A DNA stretch of 64,000 nt from Myxococcota bacterium (GTDB lineage Bacteria > Myxococcota_A > UBA796 > SXON01), in assembly GCA_040386535.1 (NCBI GenBank), contig JAZKFH010000019.1, positions 391,376 to 455,375 on the forward strand. The letters are read 5' to 3'. The translations under genes were made by a program, and so were the position numbers. The notes below the pieces were generated by a model, which was not told where the DNA came from, searched no databases, and saw only the letters and a list, made by a program, of their open reading frames with translations. Below, one piece after another: positions 48,626 through 58,241 of the stretch (its first letter is position 1; the number at the start of each line of letters is the position of its first letter).

Positions 48626-50014
48626 TCAGCCCACCATCGCCGCGGCTACCTCCGCGAAGACCGCGATCGCCTCGTCCACGTGCACCTTGGTCGTGATGAG
48701 GTGGGGGCGGAGGCGGACGGAGCGGAGGCCCGTGTAGCTGGAGAAGACGCCGTTGCGCAGCGCGCGGGCGTTGAACTCGTCCCGGAGCGCGGGGGTGGGG
48801 AGGTCGAACGCGAGGAGGAAGCCGCGGCCACGGGGCTCGGAGAGGAGCGTGGGGAAGCGCGCGGCGAGCTCGGTGAGGCGGGCGAGGAAGTAGGCGCCCG
48901 TGTCGCGGACGTTCTGGAGCAGGCCGTCCGCCTCGATCGTGCGCAGCGTGGCGAGGCCGAGGAGCGCACGCGCGCGGTCCCCGTTGCGGGTCTGGTACAT
49001 TCGGCCGAACTGGGCGATGTCGTAGTCCGCCGTGGCGAAGAAGCCGCCCATCTGCATCTTCTTGCCGAAACACACGATGTCGGGCGGGGTAGGCAGGCCC
49101 AGCTGCTCGTGCGCCCAGAGCGTGCCGGTGATCCCCATGCCGGTCTGCACCTCGTCGAGCACGAACGCCGCGCCGGCCTGCTTCGCGAGCGCCTGGACGC
49201 CCCGGAAGAACGCGGGGCTGGCGTGGCGATCGCCGCCCTCCGACTGGATGGGCTCGACCAGCACCGCCGCGACGCGCCCGGCGTATTTCTCGAGCAGCGC
49301 CTCCAACGACTGGAGCGCCTCGGCTTCGGCCTTCTGGTTCGCCTCCGCGTGGTCCTCGAGCGGGAAGCGGCTGGCCGGGAAGATCGTGGTCGGCCAACCG
49401 AACGCGGGAAGATCGGCCTTGTGGATGAGCTTGGAGTGGGTGGCCGACATCGGCCCGAGGCCGCGCCCGTGGAAGGCGCCGGAGAAGCTCACCACCACGG
49501 CGTCGGTGCCGGTGTTGTCGAGGATCGCGCACTGCTCCTCGGGCGTGAGCTCCAACGGGTTCGCGGGGCGCCCCGCCGCGACGCGCCGGCGCTCGCCGTG
49601 GCGGATGAACGCCGCCTTGAGCGCGCTCTCCACGCCCTCGCCGCCGCCGTCGACACAGAAGATGCGGCTCATCCCCGCCGGCGCGTACTGCTGCACGCCT
49701 TCGAGGAACGCGAACCACGACGGGCTGGTCACGAACGGGGTCGAGGAGGGGTTGGCGGCCGCGGCGACGAACGCGGGGCTGCGCGCGGTGGCGAGCAGGG
49801 CCGGGTGATTGTACCCGAGCGCGCCGAGCGCGAAGTTGGCGAACAGGTCGAGGAACACGTTCCCATCGACATCGTGGAGCCAGACGCCGTCACTCGCCTG
49901 GTCGTCCATCACGACGGCACGGTAGCGGTGCTGCATGTCGAACGCGCCGCGTGCCATCTCGGAGCGGGCGTTCGGGCCGGGGATCTCGGTAGCGACGAAG
50001 CGGGGGGAGCGCAT
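48626..50014 (-). CDS. Class III PLP aminotransferase, GABA-T/lysine-6-transaminase-like
   Basis: DVDGNVFLDL, LGYNHP, FHGRG, HSKLIHKADLP, EPIQSEGGD, DEVQTG, FGKKMQ. Confidence 0.9.
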   Translation of the reverse strand: MRSPRFVATEIPGPNARSEMARGAFDMQHRYRAVVMDDQASDGVWLHDVDGNVFLDLFANFALGALGYNHPALLATARSPAFVAAAANPSSTPFVTSPSWFAFLEGVQQYAPAGMSRIFCVDGGGEGVESALKAAFIRHGERRRVAAGRPANPLELTPEEQCAILDNTGTDAVVVSFSGAFHGRGLGPMSATHSKLIHKADLPAFGWPTTIFPASRFPLEDHAEANQKAEAEALQSLEALLEKYAGRVAAVLVEPIQSEGGDRHASPAFFRGVQALAKQAGAAFVLDEVQTGMGITGTLWAHEQLGLPTPPDIVCFGKKMQMGGFFATADYDIAQFGRMYQTRNGDRARALLGLATLRTIEADGLLQNVRDTGAYFLARLTELAARFPTLLSEPRGRGFLLAFDLPTPALRDEFNARALRNGVFSSYTGLRSVRLRPHLITTKVHVDEAIAVFAEVAAAMVG

Positions 50015-50038
50015 CCCACCCACGTATCGTGCTTCCGC

Positions 50039-50734
50039 CTACTCTTCGCCGCCGAAGGCGATCGAGTACCACATGCCGCCGTAGATCAACGTGGGGTCGA
50101 ACCCGGTGACGGGGATCCCCACGCCGAACGCGAAGTAGTGGGTCTCCGCGATGGACGTGCTCACGCCGGGCACGAGCTCCATGTAGAAGCGGTCGACCTC
50201 GATGTCGCCGTAGTCGGCGAGATCGACCTCGGGGTTGATCTCGAGGAACAACGAACTCGCGTCGGTGAAGTACCACTCGGGCGCGATGATGGCGTACGCG
50301 GACCCCGCGCTGAAGCCGGTGCCGCCGACGTAGGGGCCCCAGCCGACGTTGGTGGTCAGCTCGATGGGGCCGAGCGTGTAGATGCCGTGGAACTCCGGCG
50401 CGATCGTGACGCCGTCGTCCCCGGGGACCCAGGTGGTGTGGAGCGCGACGCCCGTGGTCTCGGTGAAGAAGAAGCGCGGCATCAGCTCGACGGTGTCGAA
50501 CGAGACGCCGGGGGTGACGGTGGCGCCCACGCCCGCGAGCAGCTCGAACTTGTCGGTGAAGCCGTATTGCCCGTAGAGCAGCGGGTACACGCCCGGCGTC
50601 TGATCGACGTAGACGAACGGGGTCACCGCCACGACGCCCTTGCCGACGTGCGCGCCCCACGGGTTCAGCGGGCTGGCCGCCGCGGGGGCGGAGGCGGCGA
50701 GGGCGAGGAGGGCGAGGGACAACGAGCGGCGCAT
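50039..50734 (-). CDS. Exported protein, probable small outer-membrane beta-barrel
   Basis: Signal peptide (ASAPAAA); alternating aromatic/Gly strands to the C-terminus (IYGGMWYSIAF). Confidence 0.65.
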   Translation of the reverse strand: MRRSLSLALLALAASAPAAASPLNPWGAHVGKGVVAVTPFVYVDQTPGVYPLLYGQYGFTDKFELLAGVGATVTPGVSFDTVELMPRFFFTETTGVALHTTWVPGDDGVTIAPEFHGIYTLGPIELTTNVGWGPYVGGTGFSAGSAYAIIAPEWYFTDASSLFLEINPEVDLADYGDIEVDRFYMELVPGVSTSIAETHYFAFGVGIPVTGFDPTLIYGGMWYSIAFGGEE

Positions 50735-50827
50735 GGAGCTCCCGGTGGGGCGTGTGCGGCGGAGGATACGACAGAGTCGGCGCTTCGTGCCCCGCGGGGC
50801 CACAAAACTACGGCTCCGGGGGGCGTT

Positions 50828-50847
50828 ACGGGGGGCTGGCCCCCCGT
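50828..50847. terminator. GC hairpin downstream of gltX (terminator or REP-like)
   Basis: ACGGGGGGC-TG-GCCCCCCGT perfect stem; no clear U-tract adjacent. Confidence 0.4.
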
Positions 50848-50869
50848 CCCAAGCATCTGAGCCTCTCGA

Positions 50870-52342
50870 CTACGCGTCGAGCCAGGCCTTCCACTCCTTC
50901 TGCTCCGCCTCGGTCGGCGCGCCGAGCTTCTCCAGGGCGAACCGGATGCGGGTGCGGAAGATGTCCTTGCCGAGGATCATCGCCACGTCGAACAGGGGGA
51001 GCGCGGCCTCGCGCCCGCTCGATGCCACGTAGAACGGGCGGAGGAAATCGCGCAGCTTGATGTCGAACTTGACAGAGAGCTCGCGGAAGGCGGCCTCGAC
51101 CTCCTCCTTGGTGTAGTCGCGCAGCTTGTCGATGCGCTGGAGCGCCGCCCAGAAGGCCTTGCGGACCACGGGGGCCTCGACCTTCTTGCTCGGGAGCAAG
51201 GCGGCGTCGATGTCGGGGATGCCGGCCAGCACGTAGCCGGCGAGGGGCGCGAGCTCGGTGAAGACCTGCACGCGGCCCTTCACCAGCGGGATGATCGGCG
51301 AGAGGAAGTCACGGTTGAGGGCCCACTCGGCGACCCGATCGCCGAATTGGTCGTCGGTCAGCTCCTCGCGGATCCACGTGCCGTTGAGCCAATACAGCTT
51401 GGTGATGTCGAACACCGGCCCGCCGAGCGAGATGCGCGACAGATCGAAGGCCTCGACCATCTCCTCCACACGGAAGCGCTCGCGGCCGTCGGGCATGGTC
51501 CACGCCATCTGCCCGAGGTAGTTGAGCAGCGCCTCGGGGAGCACGCCCATGCGCTGGTAGAACAGGATGCTCGTGGGGTTCTTGCGCTTGGAGAGCTTGC
51601 TCTTGTCGGGGTTGCGCAGGAGCGGCATATGACAGAGTTGGGGCGCCTGCCAACCGAAGTATTGGTAGAGCAACAGGTGCTTGGGCGCGGAGGTCAACCA
51701 CTCCTCGCCGCGCATGACGTGGGTGATCTCCATGAGGTGATCGTCGACCACGTTCGCGAGGTGGTAGGTCGGCAATCCGTCGGACTTCAGCAGCACCTGG
51801 TAGTCGACCTGCGTCCAATCGAGCGCGATCGGCCCGCGGAGCATGTCCTGCACGGTGCACGTGCCCTCACGCGGCACCTTCATGCGCACGACGAAGGGCA
51901 TCCCCTGGTCCATGTTCTTGCGCACCTCGACCGGGGAGAGATGCATGCAGCGCCCGTCATACCCGAGGTAGGACTGGCCCTTCTGGGAGAGGCGCAGCGC
52001 GTCGAGGGTCTCGCTCGTGCAGAAGCAGCGGAAGGCGTGGCCCGACTCGAGCAGCTGGTCGGCGTGCTCGCGGTAGATCGCGGAGCGCTCGCTCTGGCGG
52101 TAGGGGCCGTGGGGGCCGCCCACGTCCGGGCCCTCGTCCCAACGGAGGCCGGTCCACCGGAGCGCCTTGAGGATCGCGGCCTCGGCGGAGGCGGTGCTGC
52201 GCACCTGGTCGGTGTCCTCGATGCGGAGGAGGAACTCGCCGCCGTGCTTCTTGGCGAAGCAATAGTTGAACAGCGCCATGTAGGCGGTGCCGACGTGGGG
52301 ATCGCCGGTGGGGGAGGGGGCGACGCGGGTGCGGACGGACAA
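50870..52342 (-). CDS. gltX: Glutamate--tRNA ligase
   Basis: RTRVAPSPTGDPHVGT (HIGH), LRIEDTD, GPYRQSER, PTYHLANVVDD, RGEEW, KLSKR (KMSKS); TTG 52342 with GGAG SD. Confidence 0.96.
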   Translation of the reverse strand: MSVRTRVAPSPTGDPHVGTAYMALFNYCFAKKHGGEFLLRIEDTDQVRSTASAEAAILKALRWTGLRWDEGPDVGGPHGPYRQSERSAIYREHADQLLESGHAFRCFCTSETLDALRLSQKGQSYLGYDGRCMHLSPVEVRKNMDQGMPFVVRMKVPREGTCTVQDMLRGPIALDWTQVDYQVLLKSDGLPTYHLANVVDDHLMEITHVMRGEEWLTSAPKHLLLYQYFGWQAPQLCHMPLLRNPDKSKLSKRKNPTSILFYQRMGVLPEALLNYLGQMAWTMPDGRERFRVEEMVEAFDLSRISLGGPVFDITKLYWLNGTWIREELTDDQFGDRVAEWALNRDFLSPIIPLVKGRVQVFTELAPLAGYVLAGIPDIDAALLPSKKVEAPVVRKAFWAALQRIDKLRDYTKEEVEAAFRELSVKFDIKLRDFLRPFYVASSGREAALPLFDVAMILGKDIFRTRIRFALEKLGAPTEAEQKEWKAWLDA

Positions 52343-52434
52343 GGAAGCTCCGGAGGGGATCACCCTCGGCAGTTTGCGGGGAGGCGGCCCTGGTAACTGG
52401 TAGTTTCGCCCCGCACCCGTGGTTAGCATGCCCC

Positions 52435-53871
52435 ATGCCCGACCTCTGGATCGACAACGCCCCGCGCGCCGCGGCCTCCGGCGCCACCTTCACCACGCCA
52501 AACCCCGCCACGGGCGAGCTGCTCGCGGAGCTGGCCCGCGGAGATCGCGCCGACGTCGATGTCGCCGTGGCGTCCGCGCGCCGCGCGTTCCCCCTCTGGG
52601 CCCGCACCGATCCCAACGAGCGGCAGCGGATCCTGTGGAAGTGTGGCGAGGCGATCCTGGCCAACCTCGAGGCGCTCGCGCGCCTGGAGACGCTCGACAC
52701 GGGCAAGCCCATCACGAACGCGCGGATGATCGACGTGCCGCGTACGGCCGACACGTTCTTCTACTTCGCGGGGTGGGCCACGAAGCTGCACGGGGAGACC
52801 ATCCCGGTGCGCGGCGCGTTCCTGAACTACACGGTGCGCGAGCCGCTGGGCGTCATCGGGGCGATCATCCCGTGGAACTTTCCGTTGCTCCTCGCCGCCC
52901 GCAAGATCGCGCCGGCCCTCGCCGCGGGCAACACCGTCGTGCTCAAGCCGCCCGAGGAGGCCTCGCTCTCCTGCCTCGAGCTCGCGCGGATCCTGGCGGA
53001 GGCGGGCCTGCCGCCCGGCTGCCTGAACGTCGTGACCGGGCACGGCGAGGAGGCTGGCGCCGCGCTCGTGGCGCACCCCGACGTGGCGAAGATCAGCTTC
53101 ACCGGCGGCACCGACACCGGCCGGCTCATCATGCGCGACGCGGCCGCCACGCTCAAGCGTGTGTCGTTGGAGCTCGGCGGCAAGAGCCCCAACATCGTGT
53201 TCGCGGACGCGGACGTGAAGAACGCGGCGAAGAACGCGATCGGCGCCGCCTTCTACAACCAGGGAGAGCTGTGCACGGCGGGCACTCGCCTGCTCGTGCA
53301 GCGGTCGATCCACGACGAGGTGCTGGACATCGTGGTCAACGGGGCGCGCGGCATGGTCCCCGGCGATCCGCTCGATCCCGCCACGACGATGGGGCCGCTG
53401 GTGTCGGCGGTGCACCACCGGCGCGTGCTCGGCTACATCGAGAAGGGCGACGCCGAGGGCGCGCGCCGCGAGGTGGGCGGCCGCCACGAGGGCGCCGCGG
53501 GCTTCGACGGGGGCTGGTTCGTGGCGCCCACGGTCTACTCGGGCGTCACGCCCGACATGACCATCGCGCGGGAGGAGATCTTCGGGCCGGTGCTCTCCGT
53601 CATCCCGTTCGACGACGTGGAGGACGCCGCGCGTATCGCGAACGCGAGCGAGTTCGGCCTCGCCGCCGGCGTCTGGACCCGCGACATCACCCGCGCGCAC
53701 GCGCTCGCGGCGCGCCTCCAGGCGGGCACCGTGTGGATCAACACCTACAACCGCTTCGACGCGGCGAGCCCCTACGGCGGGATGAAACAGTCGGGGTTCG
53801 GCCGGGAGAACGGGCGGGCGGTGCTCGACGAGGTCACCCAGGTCAAGACGGTGTGGGTGGCGACCGGCTGA
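52435..53871 (+). CDS. NAD(P)-dependent aldehyde dehydrogenase (ALDH1/2, PuuC-like)
   Basis: IIPWNFP, KP.E, FTGGTDTG, LELGGKSP, NQGELC, EEIFGPV, PYGGMKQSGFGRE. Confidence 0.95.
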   Translation: MPDLWIDNAPRAAASGATFTTPNPATGELLAELARGDRADVDVAVASARRAFPLWARTDPNERQRILWKCGEAILANLEALARLETLDTGKPITNARMIDVPRTADTFFYFAGWATKLHGETIPVRGAFLNYTVREPLGVIGAIIPWNFPLLLAARKIAPALAAGNTVVLKPPEEASLSCLELARILAEAGLPPGCLNVVTGHGEEAGAALVAHPDVAKISFTGGTDTGRLIMRDAAATLKRVSLELGGKSPNIVFADADVKNAAKNAIGAAFYNQGELCTAGTRLLVQRSIHDEVLDIVVNGARGMVPGDPLDPATTMGPLVSAVHHRRVLGYIEKGDAEGARREVGGRHEGAAGFDGGWFVAPTVYSGVTPDMTIAREEIFGPVLSVIPFDDVEDAARIANASEFGLAAGVWTRDITRAHALAARLQAGTVWINTYNRFDAASPYGGMKQSGFGRENGRAVLDEVTQVKTVWVATG

Positions 53872-53907
53872 CGCGCGGTCCCGCCGGGATCGTGGCATCA
53901 TCGCGCG

Positions 53908-55458
53908 ATGCTCCTCGTGCTCCTCGCTTGCACCAACGATCCCGTGCCACTCGACACCGGGCGCGCCGACGACACCGCGCCGGACGACACCGATCCGGTC
54001 GACACCGACGAGACCGAGGTCATCGAGGGTGACGGGTGTTTGCCGGGCGCCCCGCCCGTGTACGGCGTCGAGGGGGAGCCCCTGTCCTTCACCATCGGGT
54101 GCACCGGGGAGGGCTCCGCCACCTCCTTCGCCGCCCCCGCGTTGCCCGACGGCGCCGTGTTCGTGGACGGCGTGGTCACGTGGACCCCCGGGCCCGCCGA
54201 CGCCGGCCACTACCCGATCGCGGTCACCTCCTCGGGGCAGGGGAGCGAGGTGGGTTTGGTCGACGTTTGGGTGGCGGACGGCTGGGAGGCGCCCGACAAC
54301 GTGGCGGTGAACCCGCGCACGTATCTGGAGGAGTACGGGCTCCCGGTCCTGCACCTGACACGCCCGGACACGACCAACGATGACGACGATGTGGACACGA
54401 CGATCGTGTACCGCGGCAAGCCGTACGCCATCGAGCTGAAGTACCGCGGCGCCGCCTCGAGCTACTACCCGAAGCGCAGCTACACGATGTCGTTCACGGC
54501 CGCCGACCGGTTCGAGGACGACCAGGAAGGCTTCGAGGATCGCCGCAAGATCGTGGTGACCACGCTGTTCGACGACAACAGCTACCTGCGCCAATTGTTG
54601 TGCTACGAGCTGTGGTCCGCGATGGACGACACGGACGCCGCCCCGCGCCACGACATCCAGACGTTGATGTCCGTGGTCTACGTGAACGGCGAGTACGAGG
54701 GGATCTTCCTCGTGAGTGACCACATCGACGGGGAGTATTGGGAGGACCACGGCTACTACGAGGACGGCAGCCTGTTCAAGTCTGTCACCCACGAGGGCAA
54801 CTTCTACGACAATTATGGTGGCACGCCCAAGTCGAGTTGGCATGACGGCTACGAGAAGCAGGAGGGGCCGGAGGGCGAGTGGTTCGACATCGACGTGCTG
54901 GTGGAGTTCGTCGCGACCGCGTCCGACGCCGAGTTCACCGAACACGTCGAGGAGTACGTGGTCATCGAGGAGATCGCCGACTGGTGGATCCTGGTGCGCT
55001 TCACCGAGGCGGACGACTCGGGCGGCAAGAACGCCTACCTGTATGTCGACCCGCTGACGGGCATCGCCCACCACGCCCCGTGGGACTTCAACCACGCCTT
55101 CGGGCAGACCTGGCAGACCGAGCGCCAGGCCTCCTCCACCGACTACGACTTCTTCTGGACCAACAACCTGTTCCGGCGGCTCCTCCAGGATCCCGTGCAC
55201 GGCCCGCGGATGGAGGCGCGCATGCAGGAGCAGCTCGCTGGCACGTTCGCCGCGAGCGCCATCGACGCGCGCATCGACGCGTGGATCGAACGCATCGCGC
55301 CCTCGACGGAGCGCGACTGGAAGAAGTGGCAGGACAGCTACCGGAGCTACGGCGGCTGGTCCTGGCGGACGGATTGGACCACCCACGACGAGGAGGTGGA
55401 CTATCTCCGCGTGTGGGTGGACGAGCGCGAGGGGTACATGGCGGGGTGGTATCCCTGA
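53908..55458 (+). CDS. CotH-family secreted kinase lipoprotein with N-terminal Ig-like domain
   Basis: LLAC lipobox; WTPGPADAG Ig-like motif; KYRGAAS...PKRSY, VNGEYEG, D...GKNAYLY, PWDFNHAFG. Confidence 0.85.
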   Translation: MLLVLLACTNDPVPLDTGRADDTAPDDTDPVDTDETEVIEGDGCLPGAPPVYGVEGEPLSFTIGCTGEGSATSFAAPALPDGAVFVDGVVTWTPGPADAGHYPIAVTSSGQGSEVGLVDVWVADGWEAPDNVAVNPRTYLEEYGLPVLHLTRPDTTNDDDDVDTTIVYRGKPYAIELKYRGAASSYYPKRSYTMSFTAADRFEDDQEGFEDRRKIVVTTLFDDNSYLRQLLCYELWSAMDDTDAAPRHDIQTLMSVVYVNGEYEGIFLVSDHIDGEYWEDHGYYEDGSLFKSVTHEGNFYDNYGGTPKSSWHDGYEKQEGPEGEWFDIDVLVEFVATASDAEFTEHVEEYVVIEEIADWWILVRFTEADDSGGKNAYLYVDPLTGIAHHAPWDFNHAFGQTWQTERQASSTDYDFFWTNNLFRRLLQDPVHGPRMEARMQEQLAGTFAASAIDARIDAWIERIAPSTERDWKKWQDSYRSYGGWSWRTDWTTHDEEVDYLRVWVDEREGYMAGWYP

Positions 55459-55555
55459 ACCTGCGCGACGGGCGGCCGCGACATCCTGCGACAGCCCGCG
55501 TCCGAGCCGCGACACCGGACGGGGCATGTTGGGAGCGTCCAGATTGGAGCTCCGA

Positions 55556-55948
55556 ATGTTGTCCCTCTTCCTCCTCGTCGCGTGCGCCCAGGTCGCGTCC
55601 CCGGCCCCCGGCAATTGGTTCTACGCAGACGACGGCGAGTCCATCGAGTGGGCGACCGTCCACTACCGCGGGCCCGATGTGGCGTTCCGCACGACCGGGG
55701 AGGGCCTCGCCTCGGGCCCCGTGTCCGGCGCCGAGCGGCTCGCGTGCGGCCAGGCCACGCGCGCCACGCTGATCTTCGAGCAGGGGGTGCTCACCGAGGT
55801 CGTGACCGTGCCCGCGGCGGCGTGTGTGGAGGCGGCGTCGCAGGCGATGGACTGGGCCACGCTGCCGCTCGACGGGCGCGCCCTCGGCGAACGCCAACAC
55901 GCGATCGTGGTGTACGACGTCCCCGCGGAGGCCACGTGTTTCTCCTGA
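55556..55948 (+). CDS. Small hypothetical lipoprotein
   Basis: MLSLFLLVAC lipobox; similar to the C-terminal domain of the next gene. Confidence 0.6.
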   Translation: MLSLFLLVACAQVASPAPGNWFYADDGESIEWATVHYRGPDVAFRTTGEGLASGPVSGAERLACGQATRATLIFEQGVLTEVVTVPAAACVEAASQAMDWATLPLDGRALGERQHAIVVYDVPAEATCFS

Positions 55949-56772
55949 ACCTCATCGCGTGTGACGGCGACGGCGACGTGAAGGCCGCCCACGCCCGCGC
56001 CGAGGCGTTCTTGAACGCGAACCCCCGCGGCACCGCGATCGTGCAGGTGGGTGTCGGGGGCGACACGCTCACGGGCGTGGTGGGGACCCGGTGGAACGGC
56101 GAGGACCTCGCGGCCTGGCTCGCCTCGTGCGGCGCGGCGGTCGAAGGTGCCGCGGACGCCGAGCTGGTGCTGGAGCCGGGCGCGTGGCCCTGGGACGTCG
56201 ATGGCGAGGGGCTGAACCCGTGCCTGCGCGAGCGCCTGGGGACCTTCCCGTTCGAGGAGCCCTCCCGCCGCTCCGAGCGCGCGGTGGTGCGCGTCCGCTG
56301 GCGCCCCGCCGAGGTGGCCGAGCCCACGGAGCTCGCCGAGGGGTCGGGAGGCCCGGACGTCATCACCCTCGCGCCGCCGTACTGGCGGGTGTCGCTCGGG
56401 GAGGAGGAGCCCTGGGGCGCCGGACCCGCGGGCCTCCCGTCGCGTCTGATCATCCGCCCGGCGTGCACCCGGGACTTCGTGGAGGGGGCGCTCGAGGAGG
56501 CGGAGACCTGGGCGCGGCAGCTCACGTGCACCCCCGGCAACACGACCCCGGGCGATGCGACGCCGAGCGGCGAGCTCCACCTCGTGCGCACGCTCTTGAT
56601 GTTCCCCGATGGGCGGTTGGACGAGGTGGTCACCGTTCCCGAGACCCCGTGCATCGAAGCGCGCGCGTGGGAGAACCAGAAGTGGATGTCCCTCCAGCAC
56701 GTGGGCGGGCTGGCCCTTCGGGACACGCGCGCGACCATGATCGTGCTCGACGTCCCGGTGGGGACGTGGTGA
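55936..56772 (+). CDS. Hypothetical (lipo)protein
   Basis: GTG 55936, VFLLNLIAC; C-terminal domain paralogous to the upstream gene. Confidence 0.55.
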   Translation: MFLLNLIACDGDGDVKAAHARAEAFLNANPRGTAIVQVGVGGDTLTGVVGTRWNGEDLAAWLASCGAAVEGAADAELVLEPGAWPWDVDGEGLNPCLRERLGTFPFEEPSRRSERAVVRVRWRPAEVAEPTELAEGSGGPDVITLAPPYWRVSLGEEEPWGAGPAGLPSRLIIRPACTRDFVEGALEEAETWARQLTCTPGNTTPGDATPSGELHLVRTLLMFPDGRLDEVVTVPETPCIEARAWENQKWMSLQHVGGLALRDTRATMIVLDVPVGTW

Positions 56773-58241
56773 GTCGGCGCGTCCGGGTCGTCGTCATCGT
56801 GGCGCTGTTCGGGTGGGCGGTGCTCGGCGTGCCCGACCGGGTGCAGACCCAGCGGGACGCGGTCGCGGATCTCGCCGCCGAGCGCGGCGCCGCCTCGGCC
56901 GGGGGTGAGCTGCTCGCGCGGATCGCGGATTTGCGCGGACTCCACGAGGGCGTCGAACCCGGGGTGTGGCGGGTGACGCCCGACGCGCGCTGCGAACCCG
57001 CGGTGGCGGCCTCGCCGTCCTACGCCGACGCGGTCGAGGCCGTGCGTCGGAAGCGCGCCTGCGACGCCGCGCACCTCTTGCCCGCGGGCCGGACCGCGGC
57101 CGCGATCGTCGAGGTGGCGGGGGATCCGTACCTGGTCATCCCGGGCGTGGTGGGGAGCGTCGTGGTCGAAGGACAGGCGCTCGCCGTTCCCGAGCCGCTC
57201 CACCCCACGCACCTCGACGAGGAGGGCCTGATCGCCATCCACGGCCTCCAGGCGCTCGGTGTGCTGGGCCCCGAACAGATGGCGTACGTCCTGCGGGGCG
57301 GGCCCGAAACGGCGGAGCCGACCCTCCTCGTGTCCGCGGCGACGGTCGCGTGGTGGCCCCCGCTGCAGGCCGCGATCGAGGCGCGCACCGGCATCCCGCT
57401 CCAGCTCGGCGGCGAGCCGCCCCGCGCGCGCGCCATCCTCCCGGCGCACCGGCTCGCGGGCGTGCCCGTGTGGAGCCTGCCCACCCCGGCGACGGAGGCG
57501 ACCATCGATCTGCTCGATGGTGGCACGGTCGTGTGGCTCTTGTTCCTCGCCGCGCTGCTGGCCCGCGAGGGCTTGTCCTGGCGCCGCGCCACCGCGGTCG
57601 AGCAGGACCGCCAGACGACGCGCGACGCGATCCTCCAGCGCATCTCCCACGAGCTGCGCACCCCGGCGGCGTCCGTGCGCTCCCTGGTCGACGCGCTCGC
57701 GCTCCCCGACACCTCCGAGGCCGACCGCGCCCAGTTCCGCGAGCTCGCGCGGAGCGAGGCCGAGCGCCTCGCCACCGGCATCGATCGGCTCCTCCAGGCC
57801 GCGCGCGGGGAGACCCGGGTGGCCATCGATCCGGTGCCCCTCGATCTTGCCGCCTGGGCCGACGCGGTGCGCGCGCGCTGGGCCACGCGCCTGCCGCACC
57901 TCGTGGTGGCCGGGGCGCGCCCGTCGCCCGCCGTGGCCGACCCCGAGCGCCTCGACGAGGCGGTCGACGCCCTGCTCGACAACGCCGTGAAGTACGGCGG
58001 CCCCACCGTCACGCTCAGCGTCGCGCCCGGCCGCCTCACGGTCGAGGACGACGGGGAGGGCATCCCGGTGGCCGACCGCGCGCGGCTCATGCTGAAGTTC
58101 GAGCGTCGCGAGGGGCGGGTGAACGATCCGGGCGGGCACGGCCTCGGGCTCTGGGCTGTCGCCGAGGTCGCGCGCGCGCACCGGGGCCGCCTCGCGATAG
58201 AGGGCCGCTCCCGCTTCGTCCTCACCCTGGGGCCCTCGTGA
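56766..58241 (+). CDS. Membrane sensor histidine kinase
   Basis: Two TMs; ISHELRTP, LLDNAVKY, VEDDGEGI, GHGLGL. Confidence 0.9.
   Translation: MVSRRVRVVVIVALFGWAVLGVPDRVQTQRDAVADLAAERGAASAGGELLARIADLRGLHEGVEPGVWRVTPDARCEPAVAASPSYADAVEAVRRKRACDAAHLLPAGRTAAAIVEVAGDPYLVIPGVVGSVVVEGQALAVPEPLHPTHLDEEGLIAIHGLQALGVLGPEQMAYVLRGGPETAEPTLLVSAATVAWWPPLQAAIEARTGIPLQLGGEPPRARAILPAHRLAGVPVWSLPTPATEATIDLLDGGTVVWLLFLAALLAREGLSWRRATAVEQDRQTTRDAILQRISHELRTPAASVRSLVDALALPDTSEADRAQFRELARSEAERLATGIDRLLQAARGETRVAIDPVPLDLAAWADAVRARWATRLPHLVVAGARPSPAVADPERLDEAVDALLDNAVKYGGPTVTLSVAPGRLTVEDDGEGIPVADRARLMLKFERREGRVNDPGGHGLGLWAVAEVARAHRGRLAIEGRSRFVLTLGPS

Noticed and set aside
50870..52342. gltX as a pathway-specific Glu-tRNA donor for the neighbouring GNAT-like proteins
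   Set aside because: It looks like a full-length housekeeping GluRS; nothing in the sequence supports tRNA-dependent transfer beyond proximity.
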